Below are positions 20,316 through 29,960 of a DNA stretch of 64,000 nt, piece after piece. The notes under the pieces were generated by a model. That model saw nothing but the letters and a program-made list of their open reading frames with translations. It ran no database searches and was not told the DNA's origin. Position numbers and translations under genes: made by a program. Origin of the DNA: Bacteroidales bacterium (lineage in GTDB: Bacteria; Bacteroidota; Bacteroidia; Bacteroidales; UBA3824); NCBI GenBank assembly GCA_045597465.1, contig JAZLKG010000035.1:51740-115739 (forward strand), given 5' to 3'. Numbering within the stretch: the first letter of the stretch is position 1; the number at the start of each line of letters is the position of its first letter.

Positions 20316-20711
20316 ATGGAAAGAATACAGATATCCCCAGAAAAAAACTCACCCAGGGTGGATTTCAACCCTGAGATTGGAGTTCTCACTTTTGAAGGAA
20401 AGTCGTTGATGGAAGACTCGGAGTCTTTCTATCTTCCGCTAGTGGATTGGATCATGAAATACGCCGAAGAGCCCCATGAGGGCACTGTGGTGGATTTCAA
20501 GTTCGACTATTTCAACACTTCCACATCCAAATGGCTTGTTACCATCACCAAGCAGCTGAAGGTGCTATACGACAAGGACCCTTCCACCGTGGTAAACTGG
20601 TATTGGCCAGATGATGATATCCTCGAGTATGGAGAGGTGATCACTGACCTCGTGGATATGCCTATAAACCTTATTGAGGTAGAAGAGGATCTGGAGGAGG
20701 AGGAGATTTAG
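20316..20711 (+). CDS. DUF1987 / SiaC-like small regulatory protein
   Basis: 131 aa. SPRVDFNPEIGVLTFEGKS..EDSESFYLPLVDWI...FDYFNTSTSKWL matches the DUF1987 pattern. The C-terminal tail is acidic. Confidence 0.7.
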   Translation: MERIQISPEKNSPRVDFNPEIGVLTFEGKSLMEDSESFYLPLVDWIMKYAEEPHEGTVVDFKFDYFNTSTSKWLVTITKQLKVLYDKDPSTVVNWYWPDDDILEYGEVITDLVDMPINLIEVEEDLEEEEI

Positions 20712-20820
20712 TTTTCCTTGTTCCCGAGGGTTTTTATATATCAAAAAAAGTTTGGGTGTGGAGTTCGCTTTGTAGATGATACAAGGTGAACCTTCACACT
20801 TTTTTTCATTTATTATCCCT

Positions 20821-22719
20821 ATGGTTACGAATACTTTACAATCTTTCATAGAAGCTTTGCGCGGTAGGGGAGACCTGAAAGTTTTTCCCGATTTCGTGGA
20901 CCCCGAGCTGGAGATTGCCGAGATAGCTGACAGGGAGATGAAACAGCCGGGCGGCGGCAAGGCTCTGCTTTTCGAGAACACAGGCACTGATTATCCGCTG
21001 CTCATCAACATGTACGGCAGCATGCGGCGAATTGCCGATGCCCTGTACTGCAACGACCCTGCCGAGAAATCCGAGCAGATGTACGACCTGTTCTCGAGAT
21101 TGTCGAAGCCGAAGACCTCTTTTATCGACAAGGTGAGGACCCTGCCCATGCTGGGCGACATTGCCTCGTATTTCCCAAAGACTGTGGGAGGCAGGGGCAA
21201 GTGTCAGGAGGTGGTAGACAAGGAGATAGACATCTTCTCACTGCCTGTGCTCAAGTGCTGGCCCTACGATGGCGGCAAATTCATCACCCTGCCCATGGTG
21301 AACACCGTAGATCCCGATACGGGAATCAGGAATGTGGGAATGTACCGCGTGCAGCTGCTCGATAAGCAGACCACTGCCATGCACTGGCACCTCCACAAGA
21401 CCGGGGCAAGGCATTACAATGCTTACAAGAAGCTGGGCAGGAAGATGCCGTGCGCCATTGTATTGGGCGGAGACCCAGTATATACATATTGCGCAACTGC
21501 GCCGCTTCCCGACGGCATCGACGAGTATCTATTGGCCGGATTCCTGAGGGGCAAGGCTGTAAGGCTGGTGAGCTGCATCAGCCAGCCCGAGATAAAAGTG
21601 CCAGAGGACGCCGATTTCGTCATAGAAGGATATCTGGACCCTGAGGAAGACCTCGTGTTGGAAGGTCCGTTTGGAGATCACACTGGTTTCTACTCACTTG
21701 CCGACTATTACCCGAAGTTCCACATCACATGCATCACCCACCGCTGCGACGCCGTCTATCCAGCCACTATTGTGGGTGTGCCGCCCATGGAGGATGCATA
21801 TATCTCGGTGGCCACGGAGAGGATCTTCAGGTTTCCGATACAGATGGCCTACGCACCCGAGATGCAGGACCTGCACATGCCGCCTCAGGGTGTGGAGCAC
21901 AACATAACTATTGTGAAGATGGACAGCCGCTTTCCGGCCAACGCCCTCAGGATGAAGAACGCCATGTGGGGCGCCGGGCAGATGATGTTCAACAAGATAC
22001 TGATGCTATACGCGGGAGATGCCGGCATCAGGGACTACAGGGAGCTGATGCGCGACGCCATGGCCAGATACATGCCAAACCGCGACACATACATAGACTG
22101 CAATGGAGTGAGCGACGTATTGGACCACAGCAGCCGCAATTTTGTGCGGGGAGGCAAGATTTGCCTGGACTGCACACAGGAGCGCGGCCAGGAGGCATGC
22201 GGGGCGGCATCGGCGCCATGTCCCGACAGCCAGGCCATCATGCGGAAATATCCTCAGATACAGGGTATCAACGATATCCTGTTAGGGGAGGGGATACCTG
22301 TGGTGTTTATATCAGTAAAGGAGAAGAAAACGATGCCCATGGCGCGGCTGCTGGAGGCTGTGGCCAGTGATGGGGCTCTGGGAGCCAAGATACTGGTGGC
22401 CCACGACGCCGGCCCCATAGCGGGAGACATAGGACTGTTGACATGGTATGCATCGGGCAATATAGACCCCGCCGCCGACTGCCGGGTGGTGGACAGCGGC
22501 CCTGGAGGCGTCCTTTGCGTGGACAGCACAGCCAAGACCCTGGAGGACGATGGTTTCCGCAGGCAATGGCCCGAAGTGGTCATGATGGATCCTGATACTA
22601 TCGCCAAGGTCGATTCCAGAAAAAATGATGAAAATATTGAAAATTTAACACCATCTCCTTCAATTATTTTGCAGAAATTGCGTTATAACCATGGGGCGGT
22701 GAAGTTTTTCAATTCATAA
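20821..22719 (+). CDS. UbiD-family (menaquinone biosynthesis type) decarboxylase
   Basis: The N-terminus LQSFIEALRGRGDLKVFPDFVDPELEIAEIADR...GKALLFEN and the core DGGKFITLPMV...MYRVQ are UbiD hallmarks. I trimmed the start to ATG 20821. Confidence 0.85.
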   Translation: MVTNTLQSFIEALRGRGDLKVFPDFVDPELEIAEIADREMKQPGGGKALLFENTGTDYPLLINMYGSMRRIADALYCNDPAEKSEQMYDLFSRLSKPKTSFIDKVRTLPMLGDIASYFPKTVGGRGKCQEVVDKEIDIFSLPVLKCWPYDGGKFITLPMVNTVDPDTGIRNVGMYRVQLLDKQTTAMHWHLHKTGARHYNAYKKLGRKMPCAIVLGGDPVYTYCATAPLPDGIDEYLLAGFLRGKAVRLVSCISQPEIKVPEDADFVIEGYLDPEEDLVLEGPFGDHTGFYSLADYYPKFHITCITHRCDAVYPATIVGVPPMEDAYISVATERIFRFPIQMAYAPEMQDLHMPPQGVEHNITIVKMDSRFPANALRMKNAMWGAGQMMFNKILMLYAGDAGIRDYRELMRDAMARYMPNRDTYIDCNGVSDVLDHSSRNFVRGGKICLDCTQERGQEACGAASAPCPDSQAIMRKYPQIQGINDILLGEGIPVVFISVKEKKTMPMARLLEAVASDGALGAKILVAHDAGPIAGDIGLLTWYASGNIDPAADCRVVDSGPGGVLCVDSTAKTLEDDGFRRQWPEVVMMDPDTIAKVDSRKNDENIENLTPSPSIILQKLRYNHGAVKFFNS

Positions 22720-22777
22720 TATTGTTTTTGCTGCAACTATTTTAATAGAAATATAAACCTTAAATATTGTAATAGAT

Positions 22778-23608
22778 ATGATAAAGCGTTATTTACTTAC
22801 AGCAGGACTTGCTGCGATGTTCGCATGTCAGTCCTTCGCTCAGGATGGGCCTGAGATGATAACTGTCCAGGGTGGCGCGTTCCTTATGGGCAACGACTAT
22901 GCCAGCGGCGTGGGCGGCCAGGGTTCCGACGAGGGTCCTCAGCACAAGGTGACTATCAGCTCGTTCAAGATGAGCAAGACAGAGGTTACCTTCGAGCTCT
23001 TCGACCAGTTTTGTGATGCCACAGGCCACCAGAGACCATCCGACGGCAAGAACGGCCGTGGAAAGAAGCCTGTTACTAATGTAAGTTGGGAGTCGGCTAT
23101 CAAGTTCTGCAACTGGATGTCGGACAACGAGCTTATTGACAAGTACTACATCATCCAGTCTGACAGCTCTGCATTCAAGGTTACCATCAACGAGAATTCC
23201 AAGGGCTACCGTCTTCCTACCGAGGCTGAGTGGGAGTATGCGGCACGCGGCGGTGAGAAGCGCGCCAAGTGGGCTTTCTCGGGCAGCAACGACTACAAGG
23301 AGGTGGCCTGGATGAAGACAAACTCTTCGCTTACTCCTCATGAGGTGGGCCTCAAGAAGCCAAACGACCTGGGTATCTACGATATGAGCGGCAATGTATG
23401 GGAGTGGTGCTGGGACTTCTACGACAAGTCTTACTACAAGAACTCGCCTGAGCAGGATCCTAAGGGCTCCGACAAGGGTACAGACCGTGTATACCGCGGC
23501 GGATGCTGGACTTCAAGCCAGGATGACCTGAGACTTACAGTACGTCAGCACAACACACAGAACATTCCTTCGGGCGGTGTTGGCATACGTCTGGTACAGA
23601 GCCTTTAG
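22778..23608 (+). CDS. Formylglycine-generating enzyme (SUMF1/FGE) family protein, secreted
   Basis: 276 aa with a signal peptide and FGE-sulfatase motifs (GYRLPTEAEWEYAARGG, NVWEWCWD, RGGCW). Confidence 0.85.
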   Translation: MIKRYLLTAGLAAMFACQSFAQDGPEMITVQGGAFLMGNDYASGVGGQGSDEGPQHKVTISSFKMSKTEVTFELFDQFCDATGHQRPSDGKNGRGKKPVTNVSWESAIKFCNWMSDNELIDKYYIIQSDSSAFKVTINENSKGYRLPTEAEWEYAARGGEKRAKWAFSGSNDYKEVAWMKTNSSLTPHEVGLKKPNDLGIYDMSGNVWEWCWDFYDKSYYKNSPEQDPKGSDKGTDRVYRGGCWTSSQDDLRLTVRQHNTQNIPSGGVGIRLVQSL

Positions 23609-23650
23609 TCATTAGCTTGGGTTCTGCCGATGGCAGTATCCCCATATAAC

Positions 23651-23690
23651 AAAAATGGCGGACCATCAATCACGATAGTCCGCCATTTTT
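23651..23690. terminator. Bidirectional rho-independent terminator
   Basis: AAAAATGGCGGAC ... GTCCGCCATTTTT forms a 13-bp stem with A/T-run flanks, between the convergent FGE and lspA genes. Confidence 0.7.
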
Positions 23691-23719
23691 TTGTCTTTTA
23701 GAGTGTTGGGTGCTGATGC

Positions 23720-24415
23720 CTACTTTACTTCTGATTGCTGCATCTGCTGCTTGTCCTCCTGCTTGTCGTTTTCGGAGTCTTCCTCGCCTTTGGGCAGGTA
23801 TTTCTTGTGGAATATCAGTATCAGGAACACACCGATGGTAACGGCAGCATCAGCCAGATTGAAAATCGGTCCAAAGAACTTGAACGACTCGCCGCCCACA
23901 AATGGCACCCATGCGGGCCATTCCGACTCTATGATGGGGATGTGTATCATGTCCACCACTTTGCCTTGCAGAAACGGCGCGTAACCGCCATCTGCGGGCA
24001 GGAATTCGGCCACGGCGTTTTCGGTGTATCCGGTGCCCGAGAATATCAGGCCGTAAAACATGCAGTCGATGAGGTTGCCAAGGGCTCCGGCCGCTATAAG
24101 CGCTATGCAGTACACGAATCCGGGATGGCTTTTGCTGTCGCGGCTCAGGCGTCGTATGTACCATATCATGGCTGCTATGGCCACTATGCGGAATATCGAC
24201 AGGGCCAGTTTGCCGCCTGTGCCGGGAAGCATCCAGCCGAATGCCATGCCGGGGTTTTCAGTGAACAGTAGTTGAAACCAGCTGATGCCCCAGCCCCAGT
24301 GTGTGGCACTGCTCTCGCCGATATACATGTGGGTCTTCACCCATATTTTAAGTGCCTGGTCCAACACTATCACTATGGCCATTATTATAGCCGATTTCTT
24401 TAGTATAGCATTCAT
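23720..24415 (-). CDS. lspA: Lipoprotein signal peptidase II
   Basis: 231 aa with 4 TM helices, the FNLADAAV motif, and an unusual Lys/Glu/Gln-rich C-terminal tail of about 40 aa. Confidence 0.9.
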   Translation of the reverse strand: MNAILKKSAIIMAIVIVLDQALKIWVKTHMYIGESSATHWGWGISWFQLLFTENPGMAFGWMLPGTGGKLALSIFRIVAIAAMIWYIRRLSRDSKSHPGFVYCIALIAAGALGNLIDCMFYGLIFSGTGYTENAVAEFLPADGGYAPFLQGKVVDMIHIPIIESEWPAWVPFVGGESFKFFGPIFNLADAAVTIGVFLILIFHKKYLPKGEEDSENDKQEDKQQMQQSEVK

Positions 24416-24466
24416 ATTTGCGTTTGTTTCTTTGTTTATTCTTGATTGTAGCCTGCTGTTTTGTTG

Positions 24467-24832
24467 TTATCTATTCATCTTGGATTCCACGCTTAGTGTG
24501 GCGTGGGGCACAGCCATCAGCCTTCCCTTGGGTATCAGTTTGCCCGTGATGCGGTCGATGCCGTAAGTGCCGTTTTTTATCCTTATGAGAGCGTTGCGCA
24601 GGTTGATGATGTACTTCTCCATGCGTCCGGCCATTATCGAGATGTTTTCGATGCTCTGATGCTCCTGTGCATTCTCCTGGTCGGCTGTATTGTCGATGTG
24701 CATGCCATCGTTGTCTTTCAGCTGATCGGTGTAATATTTGTACGACTTTTCAGCCTGGTCGAGTTTCTGCAGTATCAGGATTCTGAATTCCTCCAGCTCC
24801 TCGTCTGTGTAACGTGTCTTTTCTTCAGACAT
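24467..24832 (-). CDS. DksA/TraR-family regulator lacking the Cys4 zinc finger
   Basis: 121 aa with an acidic coiled-coil N-terminal part, then IKNGTYGIDRITGKLIPKGRLMAVPHATLSVES, where the four canonical Cys positions are T, I, L and E. It sits in the conserved ileS-dksA-lspA arrangement. Confidence 0.65.
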   Translation of the reverse strand: MSEEKTRYTDEELEEFRILILQKLDQAEKSYKYYTDQLKDNDGMHIDNTADQENAQEHQSIENISIMAGRMEKYIINLRNALIRIKNGTYGIDRITGKLIPKGRLMAVPHATLSVESKMNR

Positions 24833-25004
24833 AATCCAATTTTAAATTAAGTTGTAAAAAAAAATGTAGTAGCAAAAAAAGTCAATAGAGGTCTGATGCT
24901 TGGTTGTATGATGAAAAAAACAAAAAGTAGTCAGCAGAAAGCAGTGGGGTAGGGGAGAAGCCCCTTGCTACCAACTACTCTCTACTAACTACTTTATATT
25001 AACG

Positions 25005-28000
25005 TTAGATTTTGCTGATTCTTATGCTTGTCTTCACGTTCTCGTCGATCTCGGTCTCAAGTACGTTGTCGCCGCTTAGGCTGGCGACTACTTCCAGACT
25101 TTGTGTGAGAGTCTGTGAGCAGATGTAATCCTTGAAATCTGCGAGGGCGCCCTTTATCTGGTCGAGAGCAACGATCTCTACCTTTATCTTGTCGGTAACG
25201 TCGAAACCTGAATCCTTTCTGATGTTCTGGATACGGTTGATGAGCTCGCGTGCGTAACCCTCGTTGATGAGCTCTGGTGTGAGGTTGATGTCGAGCGCAA
25301 CTGTTACCTTGCCCTCGTTGGCAACCAGACGGCCTGGGATGTCCTCGCTGGTGATCTCGGTCTCTGTAGTCAGGATGTTTACAATTGTACCATCCAAGTT
25401 GATGTCGATAGAGCCCTTGGCCTCAAACTCCTGAATCTGCTCCTGAGAGAGGTTTGCAAGCTGCTCTGCCACAGCCTTCATCTGCTTTCCGAGCTTGCGG
25501 CCCAGCTGCTTGAAGTCGGCTTTCACTCTCTTGGTGAGGATGCCTGCTGTCTCGTGGAGATACTCAAGTTCCTTGACATTTACCTCGGTGAGAACCAGTT
25601 TCTTAATGGCCTCCAGTTGAAGTTCCATATCAGCATCCAGAATTGGAATCATGATCTTCTGCAATGGCTGGCGAACCTTTAGGGAAGCCTTTCTTCTGAG
25701 GGCGAGAACCATCGAGCTTACCTTCTGTGCGAGGTCCATTCTTTCCTCGAGTTTCTGGTCAATTGCGCTTGCATCAAATACAGGATAGTTGGCAATGTGT
25801 ACAGATGTATTGCATTTTCCAGTCACGTTGTTTAAATCTCTAAACAGTCTGTCAGAGTAGAAAGGAGCGATAGGAGCCATCAGCTGAGCCACTTTCTCGA
25901 GGCAGGTGTAGAGTGTCTGATATGCTGAGAGCTTGTCGTCGTTCATCTCGCCACCCCAGAAACGCTTGCGGTTCAATCTTACATACCAGTTAGAGAGGTT
26001 CTCAGTTACGAAGTCCTGAATCATACGGCCGGCCTTTGTCATATCGTAGGCTGCGAAACACTCGTCCACATTCTTGATGAGGCTGTTGAGGAGCGAGAGA
26101 ATCCAGCGGTCGATCTCTGGACGCTTGCTCATCTCGAGGTCCTTCTCGGTGTATGTGAAGCCGTCCACGTTGGCGTAGAGGGCAAAGAAGCTGTATGTGT
26201 TGTACAATGTGCCGAAGAACTTGCGCTTAATCTCGTCAACGCCCTCGAGGTCAAACTTGAGGTTCTCCCAAGGTGAAGCGTTGGTGAGCATGTACCATCT
26301 TACAGGGTCGGCGCCATACTTCTCTATTGTTGAGAATGGCTCTACAGAGTTGCCTCTCGACTTTGACATTTTCTCGCCCTTCTTGTCGAGCACCAAGCCG
26401 TTTGATACAACGTTCTTGAAGCAAACCTGGTCGAACACCATTGTAGATATTGCGTGGAGTGTGAAGAACCATCCGCGTGTCTGGTCAACGCCCTCGGCGA
26501 TAAAGTCGGCTGGGTAAGTCTTCTTGAAGTACTCAACATTCTCGAATGGGTAGTGGAGCTGTGCGTAAGGCATTGCTCCTGAATCGAACCATACGTCGAT
26601 AAGATCTGGCTCGCGACGCATTGGCTTGCCGCTCTCAGATACCAGGATTACCTGGTCGATGAATGGCTTGTGAGGATCGAGCTTGGCGTAATTCTCCTTG
26701 CTGTAATCGCCCACAACGAAATCCTTGTAAGGATTCTCCTTCATGAAGCCCTTCTCGATAGACTTGTTGATGCCGTTGATGAGCTCCTCGAACGATCCGA
26801 TGCAAACCTCCTCGCTGCCGTCCTCGGTTCTCCAGATTGGGAGAGGAGTGCCCCAGTAGCGTGAGCGTGAGAGGTTCCAGTCGATGAGGTTCTCCAGCCA
26901 CTGACCAAAACGGCCCGATCCTGTTGTAGGAGGCTGCCAGTTGATGGTCTTATTGAGCTCGATGAGGCGGTCCTTAACGGCTGTGGTCTTGATGAACCAT
27001 GAATCCAATGGGTAATAGAGGATAGGCATGTTGGTACGCCAGCAGTGTGGGTAGCTGTGGGTAACCTTCTCGCTGCGGAAGAGCTTGCCAGTCTTCTTGA
27101 GCTCTACCACGATATCCACGTCGAGGTCGGTAACGCCGTCGTAAGCCTTCTTAACGAACTTGCCCGAGAACTCGCCGAGACCGTCAACGAGGCGGCCGGT
27201 CTTATCAACCAATGTGAGCGAGCCGATGCCGTTCTGCTTGGCAACCTTGAAGTCGTCGGCACCAAACGAAGGAGCTATGTGTACGATACCAGCACCGTCG
27301 GTTGTGGTTACAAAGTCGCCGGTGATTACACGGAATGCGTCGCCGTCGGTAGGCTGCTTGTAAGGGAGGAGCTGCTCGTAGCGGATGCCAGCGAGGTCAG
27401 CGCCCTTCATCTCCATTACGATAGAGTAGGGGAGGTCCTTGCTTCCGGCCTTGTACTCAGCGAAATCGCCGTTCAGGAACTTCTCGTTGAAATAGTTCTT
27501 TACGAGGTCCTTGGCCATTACGATGCTGATAGGCGCGCCGGTATGTGGATTCAGAGTCTTAATCTTTACGTAGTCGATCTTTGGACCCACGCAGAGAGCC
27601 ACGTTGCTGAAGAGTGTCCATGGAGTGGTGGTCCAGGCCATAAGGCGGAGGTCTTCGTCAGCCGATTCGAACAGCTTTGCAGCCTGCTCGGTGTTGTTGA
27701 TGGCCTTGAAGAGCACTGTGGCTGTGGTATCCTTGGTGTCGCGGTAGCAGCCTGGCATATTGAGCTCGTGGGAGCTGAGGCCGGTACCAGCGGCTGGAGA
27801 GTATGGCTGTACTGTGTATCCCTTGTAGAGCAGGCCCTTGTTATAGAGCTGCTTCAGAAGCCACCAGAGTGTCTCGATGAAGTCAGATGTGTAGGTGATG
27901 TATGGGTTCTTCATATCCACCCAGTAACCGATCTTCTCGGTGATGTCTTCCCACTCGGCGGTAAACTGCATTACATTGCTGCGGCACTTCTTGTTGTAGT

Positions 28001-28349
28001 CCTCTACAGAGATGTCCTTGCCGATGTTTTCCTTTGTGATGCCGAGTTCCTTCTCAACGCCAAGCTCCACTGGAAGGCCGTGGGTGTCCCAGCCTGCCTT
28101 TCTGTGTACGAGGTAGCCCTTGGCTGTCTTGTATCTGAGGACAGAGTCCTTGATGGTACGTGCAAGCACGTGGTGGATTCCTGGTTTGCCGTTGGCTGAA
28201 GGAGGACCTTCGTAGAAGACGAAGGCAGGTGCTCCCTCTCTGGTCTTGAGGCTCTGCTCAAAGGTGCGCTCATCTTGCCACTGCTGGAGTATCTCTTTGT
28301 TGATATCCGACAAGTTGAACTGCTTGTATTCAGCGAATTTCTTTGCCAT
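25005..28349 (-). CDS. ileS: Isoleucine--tRNA ligase
   Basis: 1114 aa with HIGH-type GKPGIHHVLAR, KMSKS (EKMSKSRGN) and the CP1 editing insertion. Confidence 0.97.
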   Translation of the reverse strand: MAKKFAEYKQFNLSDINKEILQQWQDERTFEQSLKTREGAPAFVFYEGPPSANGKPGIHHVLARTIKDSVLRYKTAKGYLVHRKAGWDTHGLPVELGVEKELGITKENIGKDISVEDYNKKCRSNVMQFTAEWEDITEKIGYWVDMKNPYITYTSDFIETLWWLLKQLYNKGLLYKGYTVQPYSPAAGTGLSSHELNMPGCYRDTKDTTATVLFKAINNTEQAAKLFESADEDLRLMAWTTTPWTLFSNVALCVGPKIDYVKIKTLNPHTGAPISIVMAKDLVKNYFNEKFLNGDFAEYKAGSKDLPYSIVMEMKGADLAGIRYEQLLPYKQPTDGDAFRVITGDFVTTTDGAGIVHIAPSFGADDFKVAKQNGIGSLTLVDKTGRLVDGLGEFSGKFVKKAYDGVTDLDVDIVVELKKTGKLFRSEKVTHSYPHCWRTNMPILYYPLDSWFIKTTAVKDRLIELNKTINWQPPTTGSGRFGQWLENLIDWNLSRSRYWGTPLPIWRTEDGSEEVCIGSFEELINGINKSIEKGFMKENPYKDFVVGDYSKENYAKLDPHKPFIDQVILVSESGKPMRREPDLIDVWFDSGAMPYAQLHYPFENVEYFKKTYPADFIAEGVDQTRGWFFTLHAISTMVFDQVCFKNVVSNGLVLDKKGEKMSKSRGNSVEPFSTIEKYGADPVRWYMLTNASPWENLKFDLEGVDEIKRKFFGTLYNTYSFFALYANVDGFTYTEKDLEMSKRPEIDRWILSLLNSLIKNVDECFAAYDMTKAGRMIQDFVTENLSNWYVRLNRKRFWGGEMNDDKLSAYQTLYTCLEKVAQLMAPIAPFYSDRLFRDLNNVTGKCNTSVHIANYPVFDASAIDQKLEERMDLAQKVSSMVLALRRKASLKVRQPLQKIMIPILDADMELQLEAIKKLVLTEVNVKELEYLHETAGILTKRVKADFKQLGRKLGKQMKAVAEQLANLSQEQIQEFEAKGSIDINLDGTIVNILTTETEITSEDIPGRLVANEGKVTVALDINLTPELINEGYARELINRIQNIRKDSGFDVTDKIKVEIVALDQIKGALADFKDYICSQTLTQSLEVVASLSGDNVLETEIDENVKTSIRISKI

Positions 28350-28588
28350 AATATATATTTGTATAAAAGTTTTTTATTTCAAATTAGGTATAGTATTCCT
28401 AACAAACCGCAAAATTAATAATTTAAGTTGAAAAACCGAAAAATATTTTTTGGAGAGGGTGATTTAATTTATATTCTCTATCAGTATTGTCTTCAGCAGT
28501 TCCTTGTTCATAGTGTCTTTTCAGATTTATTCTATCCAATTAATTGGACAATTTCTCCCGATTTTATCCTTAAAAATCCAAATTTTCT

Positions 28589-28663
28589 CTCTCCAATGTT
28601 AAATTATACTAATTAATCCCCCAAAATTTTGCCTTGTATTTTATTTTTTTGAATTTTGTCGCG
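28589..28663 (+). repeat. Conserved 5' flank of the BspA-like cassette (copy 1)
   Basis: This block of about 71 nt (CCAATGTTAA...AAAATTTTGCCTTGTATTTTATTTTTTTGAATTTTGTCGCG) recurs at 31537-31612. The last 42 nt are about 85 percent identical by hand alignment. Confidence 0.7.
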
Positions 28664-28700
28664 TATAATAATTGCAAATTATTTAATTAACATTATAACT

Positions 28701-29636
28701 ATGATAAAAAAATCATTATTGGGCATTTTGATGCTCTCAGTTTTGCTGATAGGGGCAGATTCGTGTGGTGAGAGGGACGAAGCCGAGCCTCTGAGTCCGA
28801 ATCCAGGGATCGATCAGGTCTATGGGTTGCAGGTAAGATCTGTAGATTTAGACTTTTACAATACTATACCCGAATCTGCCACAAAGATAGTCTTTGATTA
28901 CAAACGTAATGTAGATGTAACAGACATGACGTGTAGTACTGTGTTGGGAGGGGCTGTAGGCATATATAATTCCGGTACGGAATACTATGTTCTCTCCAAT
29001 TACAACGACGAGATTATGATGAAAGGCAGTCTCTCGATAATGTTTTCTGGATATCGCGCTCTGAAAAGTATAGAATTCAATAATTTCAATACTGAGAATG
29101 TGTTTGAGATGCAGGCTATGTTCTCTGGTTGCTCTTCATTGACTAACCTTGATCTGTCAAGGTTCAATACTGAGAACGTGCTCAATATGCAGGCTATGTT
29201 CGATGGCTGTTCTTCCTTGACAAGCCTTGATCTGTCAACTTTCAATACAGAGAAAGTAGCTAACATGTCTTCTATGTTCTCTGACTGCTCTTCATTGACT
29301 AACATTGATTTGTCAACTTTCAATACTGAAAATGTGACTGATATGAACTGGATGTTCTATGATTGTAAATCCTTGACTGACCTTGATTTGTCAAGTTTCA
29401 ACACAGCTAATGTGACTTCTATGTATCGCACGTTCGATGGCTGTTCGTCTTTGAAAACCATTTATGCAGGCAACAAATTTACAACAGATTTTCCAAGAGA
29501 AATTTTCATCTCCTGTCCCAATCTCGTTGGTGGTCAAGGTACAGAATTCTCATCTTCCAACCCTAACGACAATACCTACGCCCGCATCGATGATCCTGCC
29601 AACGGCAAGCCCGGTTACTTCACTCTGAAGAAATAA
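28701..29636 (+). CDS. BspA-family leucine-rich-repeat (DUF285-type) surface lipoprotein
   Basis: It has a lipoprotein signal (MIKKSLLGILMLSVLLIGADSC) and six or more tandem repeats of the form LDLS.FNTENV..M..MF..CSSLT. I trimmed the TTG start at 28656 to ATG 28701. Confidence 0.8.
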   Translation: MIKKSLLGILMLSVLLIGADSCGERDEAEPLSPNPGIDQVYGLQVRSVDLDFYNTIPESATKIVFDYKRNVDVTDMTCSTVLGGAVGIYNSGTEYYVLSNYNDEIMMKGSLSIMFSGYRALKSIEFNNFNTENVFEMQAMFSGCSSLTNLDLSRFNTENVLNMQAMFDGCSSLTSLDLSTFNTEKVANMSSMFSDCSSLTNIDLSTFNTENVTDMNWMFYDCKSLTDLDLSSFNTANVTSMYRTFDGCSSLKTIYAGNKFTTDFPREIFISCPNLVGGQGTEFSSSNPNDNTYARIDDPANGKPGYFTLKK

Positions 29637-29670
29637 CCCTCGCAGATGCTGCAACCCCTTAATAACACCA

Positions 29671-29716
29671 ACGGCCCGCTGGGAATAGCAAGATTTCCGG
29701 CGGGCCGTTTTTTTTA
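29671..29716 (+). terminator. Rho-independent terminator (cassette 3' flank, copy 1)
   Basis: ACGGCCCGC...GCGGGCCGT stem followed by T8. It is homologous to 33500-33543. Confidence 0.75.
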
Positions 29717-29719
29717 CCT

Positions 29720-29776
29720 AAAATCCTTGGAAATGTGTAAAAATCCGCTTGCAAAATCCTTGGAAATGTGTAAATT
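29720..29776 (+). repeat. Two direct repeats of AAAATCCTTGGAAATGTGTAAA, 33 bp apart
   Basis: Identical 22-mers start at 29720 and 29753. A third, partial copy follows the second cassette terminator at about 33546-33562. Confidence 0.85.
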
Positions 29777-29781
29777 TTTGA

Positions 29782-29884
29782 TTTTAGGAATATGAAACGT
29801 AAAGTATATCAGCGGCTTGTGAAATAAGGCATAAATTATATGTCATCATTGCTGTAGAGACGTGGCCTTGCCGCGTCTCGGATA
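29782..29884 (+). pseudogene. Ghost of an AAA-ATPase gene 3' end plus its downstream hairpin
   Basis: 29851-29884 (GCTGTAGAGACGTGGCCTTGCCGCGTCTCGGATA) repeats 31481-31514 with 33 of 34 identical, including the TAG stop. The upstream sequence TATATGTCATCATTGCTGTAG parallels TATATGGCCTTTATGCTGTAG at the real gene end. Similarity further upstream is weak. Confidence 0.45.
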
Positions 29885-29904
29885 TGCAAATCTTCGCTTT
29901 TTTA

Positions 29905-29950
29905 TCCAATTTTTTGTACAAATATCGCAATTTTTATACAAAAAATTGGA
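29905..29950. repeat. 14-bp perfect inverted repeat
   Basis: TCCAATTTTTTGTA (29905-29918) pairs with TACAAAAAATTGGA (29937-29950) across an 18-nt loop. Confidence 0.7.
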
Positions 29951-29960
29951 CAGTAAATCC

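Noticed and set aside
24850-25004. A terminator downstream of ileS (imperfect hairpin GTAGCAAGGGGCTTCTCCCCTAC on the minus strand).
   Set aside because: The stem is imperfect and the T-run is about 25 nt away. ileS-dksA-lspA may be co-transcribed, so I left it uncalled.
28350-28655. The 300-bp AT-rich region upstream of ileS as a possible sRNA or small ORFs (28246-28431, 28428-28616).
   Set aside because: I could verify no promoter box, stable hairpin or conserved motif, and the ORF products look random.
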